A stretch of 64,000 bases of DNA. It comes from Blasia pusilla. Its lineage: Eukaryota. This document shows, in pieces, positions 48,271-61,700 of this stretch (positions are counted from its first letter, which is position 1; each line of letters starts with the position of its first letter). The stretch is taken from the NCBI GenBank assembly GCA_050084515.1, contig CM114271.1, positions 15,376,001-15,440,000 on the forward strand. Reading direction: 5' to 3'. A program made the position numbers and the translations under genes. The notes beneath the pieces are model-generated. The model saw only the letters and a list, made by a program, of their open reading frames with translations, did not search any database and was not told the DNA's origin.

Positions 48271-51200
48271 CATCTGAGCGGGTTTGTTATTTCTTATATT
48301 CTACTTTAATGTTCATTTAAAGTTGTCTTCATTTTTTTTCTTACCAAGTGTTCATGTAAACACTAGCAGTTCCGATGTTCCACCACCATAGACCCAGATT
48401 CTGAAGTTTTCCAACCTTCATATCTGATTAACTTCATAATTGTGTTGATTTCCGTATGTATGAGCCAATTTTCAAAACATGTGCAGAACACATGATACCA
48501 TCGTTCCTGAACATTTGTTTCAAAGTGTTTTCTGATTTGTGGTAACTGCGCAATACAGAGCTTCATCAATATTATTTCACATGTTTTTCCTCTACTCATC
48601 CTATATTATAACCTGCACATCGTGCATGTATATTTTCATGTGCAAAATCTACCATATGTCATTGCATTAATAAAGAAATGTGTTACTTAACTTTGTTTAT
48701 ATTAGCTCAGAATCATTGTGTGAAATAAGCATTATTATTCTATTCTCAATTCACATGCAGAATAGCGCATGAACAAATGTAGTAGCTTTTAAGTTCATGT
48801 ATGTTTTACAATTCATACTACTTACAAGTTACGGTGCATATTTGGTGGTGGCAACTATATTTATTAACGTTTTGCATTCCATTCCATCCTCTATTTCTGT
48901 GAGTATTTTGCAGGGTGCCACTTCAGGTGATGAGCATAGCGGGAGTGCAAATAAGACACTTGCCTCAAAAAATGCTACTACATCCAAAAAAACGTCATAC
49001 ACCTCTGTGTTGTAGGATTGACGTGCTGTAGGCGTCAATCCTACAGCACAGAGGTTGAGTTGCCAAGTACGGGCAACCCAATCTATTGCAGCAACACAAT
49101 ACCTATCAGTTTATTTGAGGCATCCCTCAAGAACATTGGCATTGTGCAAGATAAACTAGATGAGAGTGAAAGGCACAATGACATTTTGCACACCATCATG
49201 AATTCTGTTGCGGAATATGATAACCATAATTATGATAGGATTCTTGATATTGAGAAATAGGATAGAGACATCCGCGCTAGTGTATTTTCCCTATCCCAGC
49301 TTTGTGCTAGTAAGTACAAGGAAGACAATGAGCTACATGATCAAATTGTTGCATTGCAAGCTTTGTGCCCCGCAAAGTAGTTGAACCCGGTGTATTAAAT
49401 ACTACTCACACTTTACGATGTGGTATGCTATTGCTACGTGTGAGATTTTTACAATATTTGTGTGGCTGGAACTATGACCAAACCATAGTAGTTTCATTTC
49501 TGTTTAACCGTTTCTTGGGTACCCGAATGAGTTCTCAATTCATTCTTCTTTTACATGTGAGCCTACAATATATGCCTAGTGTGACAACTTTCTTACTAAT
49601 CAATTTCAAAAACCTGAATTTTTACTATGTCTTACAGGGCTACCTGTATCATATAGACATGTTACTTGATGTACATATGTGACACTTTCCGATATGCCAT
49701 GTGTGTAGTGCCTATCCCACGAATCAGCTGCAGTTTCCATTCTTTTTGCTCTATCTCCTGTTTTTTGCGTAATGTTTAAAAGCATCAGTCCTTTTTATAT
49801 TGTGTCTTTCACATCACAGGTGTCATTTCTGTTCACTTAAGCTATCTGCTAAACTTACTACAACACTTAAACAATGCCTGCATCACCTCTCCATTTACAA
49901 TGTCCTTGCTACTTCATCTACGTCGCACTTGCAATTATTTTGCTGCTGCAACTTTATTCAACTGAACAACGTTGTACAATAACTTATTGTCACATATACT
50001 TGTCCTGCCCTTGACCACCCTTTCAAAGGAGCAGATCACTATTCAACAATGCTGAGTTTATGTTCAAAACGTCTTTATGATCACAAAAATGTTGTATCAT
50101 TCATTTATGTATATAGACCTGCATCATTCGCTCTGTTGTGCAAATGCTTACATTTGTATCTAGCTAAAATTATGCTCCCATATTGCCTCAAGAAGTGACG
50201 GTTCAAAGTCGTTTCTAAAAGAAAACTAAGCTCTCATGTAAAAGAATTCTTGTATTAAAATATCGTCTTACACCTTTTCATCACAAATTCATGGTTGCAA
50301 ATCTACATGTTCATCACCTGTCCCCCTTACTCAAACACACAGCACTACACACCGTGCTAACGTTTCACAGTTTCAACGATCACAACACACAAACACCGCT
50401 CAATACACAGATTCACTATCATGTAGGCATAACCGGAGTCGTACCACAACAGGAGACAAAACCACACACATCCACTTCCGGTATTGCCATTGACAACCAC
50501 TTCTCGCAAACGTGGGTTAACAAGTACAGCAGCTGGGTGCCGCACTCTTGTTAAAACCTTACCCATTTTTGTTGTCTACCTGACATAGGGTAAAATTTTA
50601 AAAAAAGTGTGACTGGTGTCATCAAAGAGAGCTAACGCCCTGATACGCGCGTACGGGAATTGTAGGTTCGTATCGCTCGCTGACGAAAGCTATTTTCTCG
50701 GGGCTCGTCGAGATCCGCTAATAATAAGTGTGTTGTGGAGTTAATCGCGGCGAGTTCTACGGTCAGATCGTTCAATCTGACTCACAGCCTTCTTGCTGCC
50801 AATCTTGTGCGATGTTCAGGATAGGAATCGGACTGGCGGACTTCCGTTCGTCATCTCGGGAGAATTCCAGATTCCCGATTTCGAGATTTCCCAATTCCTT
50901 CTGCGCTGCCTGTTCTTACTGCCTGCCGACTGTCGGAAATGTAAACTTGCCATGCCTTTTCGTAGGCGTCGAGTCCAGTTTGATCTTGATTTTGATTTGA
51001 TGGAGATTGGATCAAATTTGATGAAGATGTCAATTGGAACGGGCGGCGGATAGATGGCAGTTGTGACTTGTTTATACGCGGCTTGGAAGTCGGCCGGCAA
51101 GGATGACAGGGCATGAAGAATATCAATGAAATCTAACTCTTCTGAAACATGTTGGTGTTAGGGTATTTTGTTAGAGAAAGACGTCGTGGTCGTGGCCGGT

Positions 51201-51584
51201 ATCCTATTTTACCAAACGATTGGGTACCTACCGTGTCATACCTGAGGGAGAAGATGTTAAAATCATGTGTCCGTGTGACTCGATAATGCGTACTGGAGCT
51301 TGTCGTCATGCGCGACTTCTTCAATGGGAAGAAGCTATCTTATGACGCAACACCCCATCCTGTCACTCAATGACGGGGCGAATAATTAGACACGAATACA
51401 TCTAGGAGTAAATTTGGAAGCTGTTTTCAATAGACGCCATTCCCAGGACACCAGCATGCATGGTTTCTGTACGTCTCTTTCTTACCTCTACCGGAGGCCC
51501 TTGTGGTCGAGGAATCACGATCTGCCACAACAACTTCAGAACGATGCTCGTCGATGTGCTCGCCAGGGCTTTCAGACATCGGCG

Positions 51585-51797
51585 ATGATTCCTTCCCAAG
51601 TAGACCTACTTCTTTTCTGTTTCTTGCCTCCAAAATCCTACGCTGGAAATGGACCGGGCTAATGAGTAATCGGGATTTGACACAATTTCTTCAGAACGCG
51701 GCTTCTGAATGTTATCCCCATGGCTTTCAGACAGGACGATGATTCCCTCCCAAGTAGACCTAGTTCTTTTCCGTTTCTTGCCTCCGAAATCCTACGC
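51585..51797. repeat. ~60-bp direct repeat, 153 bp apart
   Basis: GATGATTCCYTCCCAAGTAGACCTA.TTCTTTT..GTTTCTTGCCTCC.AAATCCTACGCT at ~51584 and ~51737. Confidence 0.85.
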
Positions 51798-54226
51798 TCG
51801 CTATTGACCGCTCGGGCTGATGCGGTTCTCGGCTTTGAAGATGAGAGGAGCGCTTGCAGCTCCATGTGCTCGGCGGGCTTGTTCGTTGAGGCTCGATTTA
51901 TGGATTCCATGTACCCTCGAATTTACCGGTCAGGCTCAATGCGGTGAGGCTGATGCGGAGCTGCCTCTAAGTCGTTATTCGTTCTCGGTGCAAAAGAATT
52001 GGTCACCGCGATCCATTTAAGGGTCGGATCCATTACATCGGCCCATACAAGTTGGTGAGAAGAGAGATGGATCGGAAATGTTTAAAATCCTAGTTTGTGA
52101 GTCGAGCTCGTTCGTATGGGTTTGGTGGATACTACGTTACCAGTAAGGATCCCTAAGCGACCCCACGGATTTCAATGTGATAATGAGAACTTTTGAAAGA
52201 AATCTAGTGACAAGTGTCAAATGGAGAGCAGCTACAAAAACTGCATCCTCCAATTAGTTTCGAGATAGGCTCCTTCCTCCCATGCAAAGGAATCCAAGAA
52301 TTCACTTAATTCCACCCACTAGTGTGGACTTTAGAAAATATTTTATATAGTTTAATTTTGTTTTAAAATAGAATTATATTCGTAGTTGTCTTTTTCTTCA
52401 CGATTCAAAATTTCCTATATTTTCTCTGGGTGGCGTGTCATGTGATCTAGGAAAGTTTACCCAATGGTGGTGGCATAGGTCATGGGGCTACTTTTTTACT
52501 TTTCACACGCAAGGAGAGGTTTTCGAGCAAAGGGAGGGGTCCAATTGATTGTCATTCGCAAAGTTTTGTTGATGGTCGTAAGTCATACCCTAATGCTATG
52601 CATAAAACCATATTATAAATCTTTTTTTCTTTTAAAAATTGTTTCATTTTTTAGTAGATGTGAACTTCCATTCCCTAACAACAAGAAAAGGCTTACTATC
52701 TTAATAGTATATATGCTTTTAAACACAATCTTTAGAGACCTCATGTATTTTTGCTGTTTATTTCCTAAATTTGGGCTTTGTAATACATACATTCCAATCG
52801 CTTCATCTCTTCTCGCACGATGGGCATCACTAATTTGGTTGACATGTGAATCAAAGACCCAATTTTACCCTCAACTTTCACTCCAAATAATAATTGGATT
52901 ATCAACTTAACCTTTTAGTTATACTCTCACTCACCACATCCTTTTCTTTGAGTGGTTTCTAATCGGTATCCTTTTACGTGCTTATGGTTTTAGGCTCTTT
53001 GATGTAAATGTGTTATACTTGATAGTTTTTATAAAGGAGTCCGTCTTCATTAAAGGTCGTGGACCTGAAATCTAAGGGATCCACATGGTTTGTTATCACA
53101 TAACCCAAGCACCTGGGTTTTATCTCAAACTTGTGGCTTGTCTTTCCTTATATCCTAATTCCGGGTGAATTTTTCTCCTTTTCTATTTAATTTTGTATTT
53201 CTTAAATGATTTTTCCAGGTAATTCCTTTATAACTTGGAGATAGTGATCATTCTGTTTTTCATTTTGGCATGTCCTAATTTCATTCCCTTTATATACAAG
53301 TATCGACGTTAAAGGTGAAGGAATTTGAATCGCTTCATGAACATCATATGCACTTTTCTACAATTTCAAACTTTGTTTTCAACAGTTGTAATGAAGACTT
53401 ACTTTTCCCTTTAATACGAATTTGTTTCAATCTATAATTTCAAATATGATAAAGAAATCATCACATAGATTGCTGATTTTTATTTATGCCTAACCAACTG
53501 AACAAAGTCCCTAAATGAAACCTCTAGTGAATTCCACCTCTCATCCTCAAGAAGGGTCTTGAAATCACCAACGCTAATTTGGATTTAAGATATTAGCATA
53601 ATCTCCATTGGTGAAGATTTATTTATTCTCTTAAATATGGCACATGTCAACGCCACAAGAGAGTTGAACCGACATATGTCAATACCCGAAAAGGATTTCT
53701 CTAATCTCATATTCTTTTAATTATATAAATAAATCCATTATTTAAAAATGGTCCTAGAGCACATCTAAATCCCCTAAAATCTCACCAACATGCGTTGGAT
53801 GGATTTGAAGTTTGAATCCGACCCTAAACGTTGACTCCAACCAAATTAGGGCACCCAATTATATTTCAATGGGCACCTTCAAACCAATTTTCAACCCTTT
53901 TAACATCCACCAGAAGTGTTTATTTTAGTTAGATTTATTTATCCCTATTTATTTTGTATCCATTTGCTTGGTAGCGGAGTATTTCCTATCAAGTGAGTGG
54001 TGGGTGGGTTGGGGGGGGGAATTAATGCGTTGTCAAACTAAGCTATGCATTTTTAGAAACTAACTGTTTTGTAACGTCTTCGCCATTAATGCCTTAAACA
54101 CAAACATGTTATACTTGGGATTGTGTACATTTGACCGTTCAATGAATACGTTCACCTGGAAAAGTACATGCCTTAATCCTTTACTTTCTTTCATGATTCG
54201 AGCTACGCTTTTAGGTTATGGTCTAC

Positions 54227-54261
54227 CCTATCCTCCCTCCATGTTTTGGAGGGAGGATAGG
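54227..54261. repeat. Perfect hairpin, 15-bp arms, 5-nt loop
   Basis: CCTATCCTCCCTCCA-tgttt-TGGAGGGAGGATAGG. Confidence 0.9.
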
Positions 54262-56109
54262 ACAGGTTTTGCTTGTTTTTAAAGGGTGGGCAATTATTTT
54301 TTGAGATAACTTGCCATAAAAAATAAGTGCGAAAGCGTAGGAGGCAAATTGTATTCCACTTTATTATCAGATATTTGGTCACCTCCTCATTTTATTTTAC
54401 AACTATTTATTAGTGCGCCAACTGAATTTTAAAGTTGCTTTTAGAGTGACCGGTATTGCGAGGAGTTGTTCACGAATATAAGAGTCGAGATTAAAGTGGG
54501 GAAGGAGAATGTCGATGGTGATCTATTATGAATAAATTAAGGATTAAGGGAGGTTAGTTCTTGGGATGCTTGCAAACCGAATTCACTCCTTGGAATATTT
54601 ATAAATTAATTCGGCAATGCATTTTTTAGTTGCTCCTTTGCTTGTAGTTTTCATTAAATTTCTCTCAGAAATATTTTTGTCACATTATTGAGAGTGATAT
54701 AAAGAGGTTGGCATGGACTGTGACATTTGAAACAATAATTATCAAACATGGATTTATGCATCTCATTGTCTCTTATGGGTCCTTACTAGTATACTACTAG
54801 TTTCTTAATCTATATTGAGTGGTTCTGTTGTATTAATTCGGTTATTTTCTACACGTGTCGTTACCGGAGCAAACCACCAGAGTTCCACTTTATTTAAAAA
54901 CTAATTTTATTTTTCGTCTGCTCAACGCCCATAGGGTTGTTCACGAAATAATCGAATTAAAGTGGGGAAGCCGTCGAAAGATGGGTTAGTTCGGGACCTC
55001 ACAACCCGTCCTCTTTTAATTATATAAATAGTCGGAAGATGTCAATTTTCTTTAGGCACCTGTAGCCAAGTAACCCTTGAGTGGTATTTTTTAAATATCA
55101 AAATTTGAATCATAATATTAAGAGAAAAGCTTGCGGAGAGGCTTCTCAATTTTATAAATTATTCTTTATTTTGCATGTAGTAAGCCAACCGCTGAATATA
55201 AAAAGGTTTTAATACTTAAAATCAATTTTATTTTTAAAATAAATCAAAATTTTGAAATTTTAATTCTTATGAAGATAGAATGAATCTTTTTTATTTTTAG
55301 ATTTTTTTTCAAAAATTAAAATAAATTTTTAATTCTTGTAAAAATAAATTTTTAATTAAAATTTGGAAACTAAATTACATCTTTTTTAAAAATAAAAAAT
55401 TATTTTTCTTCTAAAGGATAAAATGAATTTTATTTCTTTTTCAAGATTTCATTTTTGATGGATTTCTAAAGAATATTTTTGATCAAGATGAATGATTCTA
55501 TTTCATTAATTAAGAGATAGGGGTTGAAAATTAAGAATAAAACATTTCTTTCTAATTTAGAATAAGAAATTTTTTAAGTTTTCAAAATTTTAAATATTAT
55601 ATTCATTCATATATTGAAACGAAACTTTATATTTAATATTCACTTACTAACTCTACAATTTCATAATGTATATAACGTAAGGTTTCATGAAGTATTTTTT
55701 GTTTCCATTCATACGATTGAGTGTGTTGCAAGGGAAAAAAGTTACTAGTGATTAGAATGTATCTTCAAATTAGTGATATCACATCAGATAGAATCATGTT
55801 TGGTGATATAAAATTAGGAGTTTTATGCCCATTGTAGTGAAGTTTGAGTGGGAGATTTACCATAGCACAAATTTGATTGATGTTGCTTGTCCACTCATGA
55901 GATCTTTATACAAGGTAGAAATATAAAAAAGTCATTCTCCGGGTTCGTGGTTAGATTTCTAAGATTAGGATGTGGTTTTGGAGTTGTTTCTACTTCTCCT
56001 AGACTTGGCTAATGTAGTTTGTTTTTGGTGACATTCGAGTATGATGAGAATTTCCAACATGATAAGTACATACTTCAACAAAACCCAATGTTCACACTCC
56101 ACGCATTGG

Positions 56110-56971
56110 TCACTACATGTTCTGACCCTCTTAATCAAACGTGCAACGATGCGGAACATCATAACACTAGTGGGCTCCCACTAAGATGGAAACGCATCGA
56201 AGTCTCTAGAATGAGACATGAGTTTTAAGTGCGACGCAAGCCTTCTTGCACGTCTCAAGGATGATGGTCGTAACCAAGTGGAACAAGACCAAACTCCAAG
56301 TAGGACTTGAATGGAGCTCAAGTTCCATGAGAGTTCGACGCCAAGGGGACTTGGAACTTGACTAAGCGTTTGGGGGTTCTCCGCATTTAAGGTGATAATA
56401 GCTAGATCCAAGATGCAATCGTGATGAATAAAGTTGCAAAAAGATTAGGAGAAAATGATTCTATCGCACTAAAGATCCAAAGTAACGTATGAACTAAGAT
56501 CAAGAAACCATCCCTAAAATATCAGAGTGATAGATGGATTGGGGGCCACAATGAGCGGCCCAAGAGGACTTTTGCAAAAGGTAGGGAGGGGATGGAGACC
56601 TCTAGAACTAGATATAAGAGGGAGGATGTCCAAAGGAGTTTGGGACTCGAGCCCTACCTTGGAGAACCGTGGGGGTGAACCAAGGGCCCAGGATGGATTG
56701 AGAGGTTAGCTTCGGGTGCGAACACCAAGCCAAGCCAAAGACGATTAATGATGGATATCAACCTTGGACCTTGACCCGCGGCTTAGATGTTGGGTCCGAC
56801 TAGAGACTCATTCGAGATCCATTGGGTAGTCGGGACTTCTAGACGTGTTAAATTATTTCACATTTCATGGACTATTAAGGAAGTTTGTCCCAAGTCCTTA
56901 AGGACTTTCTTGTGTCAGGGAGTGAAGGATTAGGATGGTATTTGACCCGCTTAGGTATGTTAAGCTTGAAG
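56110..56971. repeat. Inverted copy of the repeat at ~10230-11040, cut off by the copia LTR at 56972
   Basis: Colinear reverse-complement similarity that ends exactly at the copia LTR boundary. Confidence 0.7.
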
Positions 56972-58780
56972 TGTGGAAAAACTGCTAAACAAGCATAATT
57001 GGTGAAAAACGACTCTCACACATATACACCACCATGGAGAACGAAATTTGTAATGAGAGAATAAGTGGAGGCTGGTTCCCTTCTCAATTATATAGGGTAT
57101 GTACAAGCAACCCTAATCCTAAGCTTAGTCCCGAGATAGACTTACTCTGATTAACAAACCCTAGTTAAGATAATCGTGCTTAATTGACTAACCAAGATTA
57201 AGCTTCCCTACTTCGTGTGAGTACCAAATGTAGCAGTTCAGGTGTCTCATGAACTTGATTGTAACTCAATGTTCAATTCTCCCCCTCAAGCTCATATCGA
57301 TATCTCTAACTCCTATATCATTTCTAAACATCTCAAACTTATCTCTCGACAATGCCTTTGTAAAGATATCAACAATTTGTTGATCTGTACCTATATACAC
57401 AAGATCTATTTCTCCTACAAGTATCTTCTCTCTTATAAAATGATAGTGCATCTCAACATGCTTTGTACGATCATGAAACACAGGGTTATTAGCAAGCTTG
57501 ATGCTACTAATATTGTCTACATATATTACACTAGGTCCTAAGTTACTAACACCAATCTGAACAAGTAATCGATGAAGCCACATCACCTCACATGCTACAT
57601 TGGTTGCTCCTCTGTACTCAGCCTCTGTTGAAGATAAAGAAATTGTAGGTTGCTTCTTTGAAGCCCAACTTATAGCGTATAATCCTCCTCACACCATCAA
57701 GATAAGGTTTTTGAGGTGCTTGCATAAATTGGCTCACTAGGCCAATACCATAACTCAAATCTGGTCTGGTTATAGTTAGATAGATCAAACTTCCAACCAT
57801 GCGCCTGTACATGTTAGAATCTGCAAGCAACTCTCCTTCATCCACTCTTAGCTTTACATTCTGGTCCAACGGTGTAGAGATTGGCTTACAAACCATCATC
57901 CTTTATTTTGAAAGCATATAAAGAGCATATTATCGTTGTAGTAACCACATGCTCTCTCCAATCTTGATAAACTCAATACCTAGGAAGTACTTGAGTTCTC
58001 CCAAGTCCTTCATATCAAATTCTGCTTGTAATTTAAGCTTTACTTGTTGTACCATTTCTTCATTACTCCCACTAATCACGAGATTATCAACATACAACAC
58101 AATGAAAATCGTATGATTCTGTCCTCTCCAGACATATAACGAGGAGTCAGAATCACATACCCTAAAACCCAACTCTTGTAGGACGTATGTAATCTTGCCA
58201 TACCAAGCTCTTGGAGCTTATTTGAGCACGTATAGAGCTTTCTTCCTAACAACCACTAAGGCTATGTTGTGATGTTGTCCACACATCACTGTGGATCAAC
58301 TCCAATATCCTAGATGCTCTTCTATCTTGCTTTGGAAAAGGAAATCTAGCTTAGTTTCCAAATTGGCAAGCAAGACATACCTCTAACGAAGCAGGGGTCG
58401 CTAATTTAGGGAGTCATGTTACTATATTGGATGATGAAAGACTCTGTAATCTTTGAAGATTGAGATGTCCAATTCTTTTATGCCACACATTTAGATCTTT
58501 CAGTTGTTGGTCGGTTTGACCATACATTGCTGTTTGAATCTCTGGTATAGAAACATCTTATTTGAACATGTTGCCAAATCTAGTTCCTTTGGCTATCGTA
58601 GTTTGGTCATCTATTATTTCAATGAAATAACCATCTGCGTTAAACTTCACTTCATAACCTTGTTCTACTATATGTCCTACAGAGATCAAGTTTCTTGCAA
58701 TAGTAGGAACATAGAGAACATTTCCGAGAGCACAAAGACCATCTGATGCTATTGGAACTTTATCGGTATGCGTGATATGA
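56972..58780 (-). mobile_element. Second, deleted copy of the copia family: 3' LTR 56972-57278, RNase H/RT fragments, integrase N-terminus and protease remnant
   Basis: LTR is the reverse complement of 23886-24196, with PPT at 57279. ORFs 57266-57586, 57618-57899 and 57930-58172 are near-identical to copy 1. The integrase core is deleted at ~58245, and gag and the 5' LTR are missing. Confidence 0.92.
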
Positions 58781-61700
58781 CCATGTGGGCCAGCCTAGGA
58801 TGGCACTACCCACATTTGTGAGTTTTCCCTCGTCACATGCCTACATGGAAGGTGGTCCTGGGCTTGTATGGGATTCTCATGTGCGATAGTTGGTGGAGCC
58901 TAACGCTGATGAGAGAGAGCATGCGATGGGATTTGCTACTGGTGTGACAGCAGTTGCTTCCATTTATGAGGCTTCATGACGTCATGTGTTGGGTCAAGCC
59001 ATGGACCTGAATTGTTTGAATTGGATTTTGAGTCTTGGTATGGCCGAGCAGCGTTGACTTCGGATTATGTCTGTGGATCTTCCACCCTTTGTGATGAGCT
59101 CGATGGCTACCGGGACGGTAGAGGCATCAGCTGGGGGCGAGGAGAGTAGTATTTTGCATCCTTGGAGTAAATGGGATGTAATGGCTGGGCATGTGGAGTT
59201 GGTTGCTCATGCTGGTGGAGGAGTTATTTGCTCAGATGATGGTGTAGCTAAGGGTGTACCATCTTTTGAGGGGGTTGTGTAGCAGCCAATAGCGTTGTCC
59301 TCTTCCTCTAGTGTGCCAGTGGAGGAGGCTTGGGAGCCATTACTTGGGCCCAAGCTTACGGGAGGTGAGAAACGACGCTTGACACAGTTCCTACGTGCTT
59401 ATAAGAGTTGTTTTGCCTTTAGCATGAAGGAGTTGGATGCTTTGGTTCGACCCGGTATACGGATTGATTTGGCTAGTATTATGCCAATATTTCGTCGTCC
59501 CTACCGATATAGTGATATGGAGAGGGACCTGATTCAAAGTAGGACGTTGGACCTGTTGGAGGCTGGATTAGTGGAGTTATCGCATGGAGAGTATGCATCA
59601 GCCATTGTCATGCCTGCTAAAAAGGATATGCATGGCAACTACACGGATAGGCGGATGTGTAGAGATTACCGTCTTATCAATCGGCAGACCAAGGCCGATA
59701 GGTATGCCATGCCTACACGTGAGGAGATCTTTGATGTGGTGGGACATGCAAATATTTTCAATACTTTGGATCTTCGGGCAGGATACCATCACTTGCCGAT
59801 TCAAGAGAGTGACAAGGCCAATACAGCATTTTGGGGTGTCAACTCTCATGACAAGGATTGTTTGTACTAGTGGAAGAATTTTTACCCTTTGGGTTGAAGG
59901 ATGCATCTGCCGAGTTTCAGAGAGTGATGGATAGGATCCTAGCAGGGTTGGATTTTGTTCGGTGTTACATTGATGATATCTTGGTGTTGAGTAACACGGT
60001 GGAGGAGCATCAGATACATTTGCAGATTGTCTTTGAGCCGTTGAAAGCTCATGGTCTACGTTTGCATCCAGGAAAGTGTAAGTTCTTCCATAAGAATGTT
60101 GAGTACTTGGGTCATGTGATCTATCTAGGTGGTTTGGGAGTTCAGCAAGCAAAGGTAGAGGCTATTGCACTTATTCCCCGTCCGGTAGATGTGAGAGTAA
60201 AGTTCGGGCATTCATGGGATTGGCAAACTACTATCAGAGGTATGTGAAGGGATTTAGTGCTATGGCAAAGCCTTTGAACCAATTTCTGAAATCAGATCAA
60301 GAGTGGCACTGGGGAGATGATAAGGAAAGAGCTTTTGTGGAGCTCAAGGCCCAATTGGTGGCTGCGCCTATCTTGAGGAGACCTATCACAGGGCGCCCAT
60401 TTCAGTTACACACTGCTTGGAGTAGGTTGGGACTTGGAGCGGTGTTGACACAACATGATGATGAGCACATGGAGTTTGTGGTGGCCTATGCAAGTTGTTC
60501 GAATAATGCAGCGGAGTCGCGCTATAGTTCATATGAGGGAGAGTGCTTGGCAGTAGTGTGGGTTGTGGCACACTTTAGGTGTTACTTGTTTGGCACACAG
60601 TTTACTCTTGTTACTGATCACCAGCCGCTCAAGTGGTTGAAGGAGTCTGACAAGCTTACAGGGAAGCTTGCACAATGGGCTCTTATCTTACAAGAGTATG
60701 ACTTCCAGGTGGTACATAGACCTGGAGTTGCCAACCTTGATGCTGATGGGTTGAGTAGGAACCCATGTACAATCAGCCAAGAGGATGCAAGTGGGGCTAG
60801 ATGGCATGGCAAGGTTGATGAGGAGATGGTGCCAGGTTGGCATGCATCCGCCTTTTTTTATGTTGGTTAGGGGTGGACTCTAGTATGGAGGACCACATGA
60901 CATCTTACTCTAGTCTAAGAGTAGATGGCCAGCCTTCACATCCTAAGGTTGGAGATGGTGGTACGGATCAGCGTGATATTCATGATAATGCGTTGGTGTT
61001 GGAGTTCCTACAGACCAGAAGGGTGCCAGACATAGTGAGTGCTAAGGAGCGAGACTGTGTTCTTCAACGTGCTAAGAGGTATCGATCAGAGGGAACACAT
61101 ATTCTCCAGGTGTGGGAGGATGGTAGAGTACGATTAGTGCCGCATTTGGCTCAAAGAGAGCGCATTGTGCGACATGCCCATGAGGAGTTGGGACCTTTTG
61201 GGGTAAAGCGTACATATAGCTTACTCCTTGGTCAATATTGGTGGCATGGCATGCATACTCAGGTGCAGTATTTGGTATCACGTTGTATGGTTTGTGACCG
61301 GGTGAGGGCATCATTCAATGCCCCTACACCACAATTACACCCCTTGCCTATTATAGGGTTGGGTTACCATTGGAGTGTGGACTTTGCGAGACCGTTACTC
61401 TTGACTGTACGACATCATCGATATGTGTTGGTGATGGTGGAGCACTTCTCCAAGTGGATTGAGTTGGTGGCATCACCTGACAAGGCAAGTGAGGGTATAA
61501 CGTATGCGTTTCTTGATAGAGTGCTTAGTCATTTTGGTGCACCAGCTGAAGTGTTGACCGACCAGGATACACAGTTTGAGGGTGAGTTTCAAGTCTTGTG
61601 TGACAAGGCATTGATCGATCATCGGAACACGTCTCAAGATCATCCAGAGGCGGATGGTTTGGCTGAGCGTGTGATTTAGAGGGTGAAGAGGGCATTGCGC

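Noticed and set aside
50480..50554. HFSQTWVNKYSSWV resembling the start of a hAT TTF-type zinc finger
   Set aside because: No following CxxC or transposase sequence, and too short to support.
53000..55750. AT-rich block with short duplicated segments (~54466 and ~54936)
   Set aside because: Probably decayed non-autonomous elements. No termini or coding signal could be fixed.
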